The position numbers and the translations under genes were made by a program. This document shows, piece by piece, positions 57,967-64,000 of a stretch of DNA of 64,000 nucleotides (its first letter is position 1; every line of letters starts with the position of its first letter). The notes beneath the pieces are model-generated. The model was not told the origin of the DNA and made no database searches. It saw only the letters and a program-made list of their open reading frames with translations. The stretch is from contig JBAZUP010000002.1 in assembly GCA_041661385.1 (NCBI GenBank), positions 14,670-78,669 on the forward strand, read 5' to 3'. Origin of the DNA: Patescibacteria group bacterium (GTDB lineage: Bacteria > Patescibacteriota > Patescibacteriia > Magasanikbacterales > GWA2-37-8).

Positions 57967-58881
57967 ATGAAAGCAGAAACAGCTATTATAAAAACCTTGT
58001 CATATTTTGATGTTTTTAATTTTCCTTTGACCAAGGAAGAGCTTTTAAATTATCTTTGGCAGGGCCATGAACAAAATGAGGTGGAAGTTAATACAGCGCT
58101 TCAGGCGCTGGTGTCGGCCGGTAAAGTGGGGGGAGTTGGGTCGTATTATTTTTTACCGGGTCGCGAGGATATTATTGTGAAACGCAATCTTGCGGTTGCT
58201 CATACCGAAAAAAAATTACGCCGCGCTCAGTTTGCAATCAAACTAATTTCTGGTATTCCGTTTTTAAAAGCAGTTTTTGTCTGCAACTCGGTCGCGGCGG
58301 AAACCGCTAGTGCTGAAAGCGATATAGATTTTTTTATTGTGTCCGCCGAAGGGCGGCTCTGGCTGGTGCGGTTTTTCTCCAATCTTATTTTGCGCGTTTT
58401 AGGCCTGCGTACTGGCAAACTGCATAGCGCCAACCGGGTTTGCTTATCTTTTTTTGTGGGGGAAAAGCATCTTGATCTTACCGGACTTCGGATTTGTGAA
58501 GAAGATATTTATTTAGTCTATTGGTTACGCCAGCTTTATCCGCTGTATGATCCGAAAAATTTTCTAATCAAAATTTGGCGAGCCAACGGTTGGGCGAAAG
58601 ATTATTTAAAGTTGCCATCCGCGTCTGCAGTAAAAAATGAAAAACCAGATCAATTTAAAATAATTATTGAGCGGGCACTGCAGGGCAAGACTGGCGACGG
58701 GTACGAAAAAATATTGAAAAAAATTCAGTGGTCTAAGCTGCGGCCCGAGCTGAAAAAGCTGGCGGAAGAAAACGGTAAAGAAGTGGTGATTAATGAAGGG
58801 GTTCTAAAATTTCATGAAACCGACGCCCGAATGCGAATTCGCGAAACTTGGTTAAAAAATATTCAGAAATATGTTAGCTAA
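57967..58881 (+). CDS. Nucleotidyltransferase-like protein
   Basis: YFDVFNFPLT N-terminus; NSVA...SDIDFFIV polymerase-beta-like motif. Confidence 0.75.
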   Translation: MKAETAIIKTLSYFDVFNFPLTKEELLNYLWQGHEQNEVEVNTALQALVSAGKVGGVGSYYFLPGREDIIVKRNLAVAHTEKKLRRAQFAIKLISGIPFLKAVFVCNSVAAETASAESDIDFFIVSAEGRLWLVRFFSNLILRVLGLRTGKLHSANRVCLSFFVGEKHLDLTGLRICEEDIYLVYWLRQLYPLYDPKNFLIKIWRANGWAKDYLKLPSASAVKNEKPDQFKIIIERALQGKTGDGYEKILKKIQWSKLRPELKKLAEENGKEVVINEGVLKFHETDARMRIRETWLKNIQKYVS

Positions 58882-60172
58882 AATTTGGAAGATATTATTA
58901 ATAATGTATGTTTTTATTTTGCCTTGGCAAACAAGGTTTATTTATGAACCAAGATTTTTGAACGGCGGTTTTTGGGAATATGGCAGTGCGAGTTTCTTTG
59001 GTTCAGAGATTTTGCTTTGGATAATAGTAATTCTTTTTGCTATAGACTTTTTTCGAAAAAAATCATTTTCACACTTGTTTGGAAAAATACATTACGAAAC
59101 TCATAAAAAGAATTTGTGGCTCGCGATGTCGGTAATTTTTTTTATTATCGTTTTAGTTTTACACAGCGTCAATCGGGTGGTTTCGTATGAATACGCATTT
59201 CGTATTTTAGAAGGGGTTTGTTTGTTTTTGGTTCTGGCCGGTTCCGGCGAAAAAAATAAACTCTTGCATTCGTTTTGGCTTGGGGCGATCGTGCAAGCTT
59301 TGCTTGGTATCTATCAGTTTTTTTCACAGGCGGTTGTCGCTAATAAGTGGCTTGGTCTTGCCGCGCATAAACCGGCGGAGCTTGGAAGTTTTGTTGTAGA
59401 ATTTGGCGATGAACGCTGGCTTCGGGCATATGGCGCTTTTGGTTCGCCAAATATTTTGGGCGGGTTTCTTGCCGCGGCATTCGTACTCGGAATTATTTTA
59501 TATTTATATAGCTCACCGGCTTCAAAAATATATCTCATTCTCGGTCAGTCGATAATTTTAACCGGTCTTGTCATGTCGTTTTCTCGCGGCGCCTGGGCCG
59601 CGGCAATTTTTGGCTGGGTAATTTGCGGAATATATATTATTTATACTGGAAAAAATAAAGAACTGCCATTTTTTAAACGCTACCATTTGTTTGGTCCATA
59701 TTTAAAACAATCTATTTTTTACGCGGTCATTTTCGCTGGTTTATTTACTTTGCTTTCTCCGATATTTTTTGTCCGGTTTAATTCGAGTTACCGGCTAGAA
59801 GCAAAGTCATTATCCGATCGCGGGAAACAATATCAAGAGTCCTTTAAAATTTTAAATAAAAATTTATTACTTGGAGTCGGGCCGGGAGCCTATACCTATC
59901 AGCTGTATAAAAATGAGCCGACCAAAAAAGTTTATGATTATCAGCCGGTTCACAATATATATTTTCTGATTCTATGTGAATGGGGGATCTTTGGATTTGC
60001 CTTTTGGGCAGCTTTATTTGGTTTTGTAATCCGGGAAATTTGGCGTCGCCGACCTGAATATTTGGCTTTGATATTTACCGTGCTACTTGCGGCCGCTTTC
60101 GATCATTTCTGGTGGAGTTTGCCAGGCGGAATGGCTCTGTGGTGGGTAATCTTCGGCATGCTGCTTGCGTAG
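58871..60172 (+). CDS. O-antigen ligase family membrane protein
   Basis: RAYGAFGSPN, SFSRGAW, GVGPG, VHN; multiple TM helices. Confidence 0.88.
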   Translation: MLAKIWKILLIMYVFILPWQTRFIYEPRFLNGGFWEYGSASFFGSEILLWIIVILFAIDFFRKKSFSHLFGKIHYETHKKNLWLAMSVIFFIIVLVLHSVNRVVSYEYAFRILEGVCLFLVLAGSGEKNKLLHSFWLGAIVQALLGIYQFFSQAVVANKWLGLAAHKPAELGSFVVEFGDERWLRAYGAFGSPNILGGFLAAAFVLGIILYLYSSPASKIYLILGQSIILTGLVMSFSRGAWAAAIFGWVICGIYIIYTGKNKELPFFKRYHLFGPYLKQSIFYAVIFAGLFTLLSPIFFVRFNSSYRLEAKSLSDRGKQYQESFKILNKNLLLGVGPGAYTYQLYKNEPTKKVYDYQPVHNIYFLILCEWGIFGFAFWAALFGFVIREIWRRRPEYLALIFTVLLAAAFDHFWWSLPGGMALWWVIFGMLLA

Positions 60173-60204
60173 TAAATAATTGTGGAAAAACGGGAGTCGA
60201 CAGC

Positions 60205-60275
60205 TTGACAGTTTTTCTAATCAGCTATAAAATGCTCTATACAAGATATTATCACTCCTTAAATTAGAGTGATAA
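60205..60275 (+). promoter_or_regulatory. groES promoter with a variant CIRCE operator
   Basis: TTGACA-17 nt-TAAAAT (60205-60233); TTATCACTC-N9-GAGTGATAA (60249-60275). Confidence 0.85.
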
Positions 60276-60302
60276 TTTATTCTTAATTAACTTCGTATAA
60301 GT

Positions 60303-60593
60303 ATGCGTATAAGACCATTAGGAGATAATGTATTAATCAAACAAACTAAGGCGGATGAAGTGACTTCGTTTGGGTTGGTGCTACCGGAAAAAGATGAAAA
60401 AAAGCCTGAGGGTGACGTAGTTGCGGTCGGTCCAGGAAAATTATTAGAAAACGGCAGTCGATCAGCTTTGGAAGTAAAAGTTGGCGATCGGGTAGTTTTA
60501 AAAAGCTGGGGAGGAGAAAAGGTTGAAATAGATAAAGAAGAATACAAAATAGTTTCCGCCGATGAAATACTCGCGGTTGTTGAAAAAAATTAA
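60303..60593 (+). CDS. groES: Co-chaperonin GroES
   Basis: IRPLGDNVLI, VVAVGPGK, VKVGD. Confidence 0.96.
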   Translation: MRIRPLGDNVLIKQTKADEVTSFGLVLPEKDEKKPEGDVVAVGPGKLLENGSRSALEVKVGDRVVLKSWGGEKVEIDKEEYKIVSADEILAVVEKN

Positions 60594-60601
60594 CATAATA
60601 A

Positions 60602-62242
<1,641 letters not shown>

Positions 62243-62255
62243 GGTTGGCGGCATG

Positions 62256-62291
62256 CCTGCCCGCATTGCTACGCAAAGCGTTGCAGGCGGG
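62256..62291 (-). repeat. 36-bp REP-like palindromic unit, third copy (inverted)
   Basis: Exact reverse complement of 52964-52999; one mismatch to 44915-44950. Confidence 0.9.
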
Positions 62292-62406
62292 TACTAAAAA
62301 TTTTAAACTAACCCTTCGCATTTCGCGGAGGGTTTTTTATTTTAGAGTTGTATTAATAATAAAAACAGGGTAAAATAATGCTGTTCTTAGCGAAGCAATA
62401 ATTTAT

Positions 62407-62892
62407 ATGCCAATTGCAGTAATGCATTTTTTTAGCCAATTTCCGCCCACGGTCAGTGTTATTTTAATGGGAGTACTACCGATAGTAGAAAGGTTTGCTT
62501 TGCCGGTCGCAGTAGTGGGTTATAAAATGCCGTTACTCGAGGCCTTTACTTTAGTTATTATTTCCAACATGGTGCCGGTGGTTACGATTTCACTCCTCGG
62601 AGAAAAATTTCATATTTGGATATCTCAGCACGACAGTATTTTTGGCAAGGCTTGGGTGCACACGGTTGCTCATGCGCAAAAAAAGTTTTTGAAATATGAA
62701 AAATATGGCTTAATTGGTCTTTTCGTATTTTTAATTATTCCTTCTCCGGTCAACGGGGCATTTTCTGCTTCTATTGTCGCATTTATTCTCGGTTATCCGA
62801 TGCGCAAATCTATCCCGTATTTGTTTGCCGGCGTGGTAGTAGGAAATATTGTGACTTTACTTCTCACCTTTGGCGCCGTTCGGATTTTTTAG
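62407..62892 (+). CDS. Putative small multidrug export family membrane protein
   Basis: LPIVERFALP, SNMVPV, KYGLIGLFVFLIIP patterns; four TM helices. Confidence 0.75.
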   Translation: MPIAVMHFFSQFPPTVSVILMGVLPIVERFALPVAVVGYKMPLLEAFTLVIISNMVPVVTISLLGEKFHIWISQHDSIFGKAWVHTVAHAQKKFLKYEKYGLIGLFVFLIIPSPVNGAFSASIVAFILGYPMRKSIPYLFAGVVVGNIVTLLLTFGAVRIF

Positions 62893-62893
62893 T

Positions 62894-63967
62894 ATGGAAG
62901 AAAGACTAAAAGCGTTGCGTGAAAAAATAATTAGCACGCAGCAGCTTTTGAAAATTGATGAGTTAAAAAATAAATTAGATCAGCTGGGCAAAGAAATGTC
63001 TTCAGCTGGTTTTTGGTCCGATCAAAAAAATGCGCAAAATATTTCTCAGGATTATCAGGATATAAAAAAAGAAGTTGATAAGTGGCTCGAAATAGAAAAT
63101 AAAGTAACTGATCTTTTGGAACTCTCTGCCGCCGCCGATAAAAGTTTGGTCAAAGAAATCGAAAGTCAAACTGCAGTTTTAGAAAAACAATTTTCTGATT
63201 ACGAATTTTATTTGTTGTTAAATGGTACTTACGATCAAAATAATGCGATCGTCGCCGTGCATGCCGGCAGTGGCGGAACCGAGGCGCAGGATTGGGCCGA
63301 AATGCTGGTCAGAATGTTGTTTCGTTTTAGTGAAAAACAAAATTGGTCCGTAAATGTTGTCGACGAATCTCGCGGCGCCGAAGCCGGGTATAAATCGATA
63401 ATGTTTGAAGTTAAGGGTCGCTATGCGTATGGTTATTTAAAATCCGAACACGGTGTTCACCGCTTGGTGCGCATCTCGCCATTTGATGCCGAAAAAATGC
63501 GCCATACTTCGTTTGCTTTGGTGGAAGTATTACCGGAAATAAATGATGAAATAGCCATTCAAATTAAGCCCGAAGATTTGCGTATTGATACATTTATGTC
63601 CGGCGGTAAGGGCGGTCAGAGTGTAAACACTACTTATTCGGCGGTTCGCATTGTGCACCTTCCGACAAATATTACCGTGCAATGCCAAAATGAACGCTCC
63701 CAACAACAAAATAAAGAAACGGCGATGAAAATTTTACGCGCCAGATTATATCGGTTAGAAGAAGAAAAGCGCGCGAAAGAAAGATTAGATTTGCGCGGTG
63801 AATACAAATCGGCCGAGTGGGGCAATCAAATTCGGTCTTATGTTTTACACCCGTATCATTTGGTAAAAGATCACCGTACCGAGTTTGAATCGACTGACCC
63901 CGAAAGTGTTTTAGAAGGAAAATTATTACCGTTATCGGAAGCTTATTTAAAGTGGATAAAAAGTTAA
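62894..63967 (+). CDS. prfB: Peptide chain release factor 2
   Basis: GGTEAQDW, SPF tripeptide, GGQ, WGNQIRSY; uninterrupted frame from ATG 62894. Confidence 0.96.
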   Translation: MEERLKALREKIISTQQLLKIDELKNKLDQLGKEMSSAGFWSDQKNAQNISQDYQDIKKEVDKWLEIENKVTDLLELSAAADKSLVKEIESQTAVLEKQFSDYEFYLLLNGTYDQNNAIVAVHAGSGGTEAQDWAEMLVRMLFRFSEKQNWSVNVVDESRGAEAGYKSIMFEVKGRYAYGYLKSEHGVHRLVRISPFDAEKMRHTSFALVEVLPEINDEIAIQIKPEDLRIDTFMSGGKGGQSVNTTYSAVRIVHLPTNITVQCQNERSQQQNKETAMKILRARLYRLEEEKRAKERLDLRGEYKSAEWGNQIRSYVLHPYHLVKDHRTEFESTDPESVLEGKLLPLSEAYLKWIKS

Positions 63968-64000
63968 TGTGGAAATAGTAACCCAATGTAACCTCGCAAA

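Noticed and set aside
62894-62980. prfB programmed +1 frameshift
   Set aside because: The frame is continuous (CTT TTG AAA) with no in-frame CTT TGA or internal SD; frameshift-free prfB is common.

Overview
A 64-kb chromosomal window from a reduced-genome bacterium, probably Patescibacteria/CPR (inferred from gene content, mostly SD-less AT-rich starts, a LeuRS carrying a NUDIX insert and a split comEC). The backbone is housekeeping: clpC, PMM/PGM, lemA-htpX, rseP-pheST, dnaE, tsaD, nrdDG, pyrD, LexA/UmuD-like plus Y-family polymerase, two HU genes, rny, truB, infB, trxA, mutM, leuS, comEC, nusA, yidC, groESL and prfB, with tRNA-CAT and tRNA-Glu. I found no CRISPR array, rRNA, transposase or integrase. 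The unexplained structure is mostly non-coding: (1) a ~398-bp dispersed repeat in two copies (44905-45301, 52954-53351) with compensatory base changes; (2) two ~170-bp structured ORF-less units stacked at the tRNA-Glu 3' end, each carrying a copy of that 3' end; (3) a ~1-kb methyltransferase insert bounded by a 34-bp direct repeat that rebuilds the start of the downstream gene; (4) scattered orphan cassettes with consensus promoters, boxA-like motifs, structured leaders and strong GGAGG sites that most housekeeping genes here lack, including a promoter-to-terminator unit at 54366-54777 with only micro-ORFs; (5) a candidate short 6S-like hairpin RNA upstream of rny. All product calls come from reading motifs by eye; no database searches were run.
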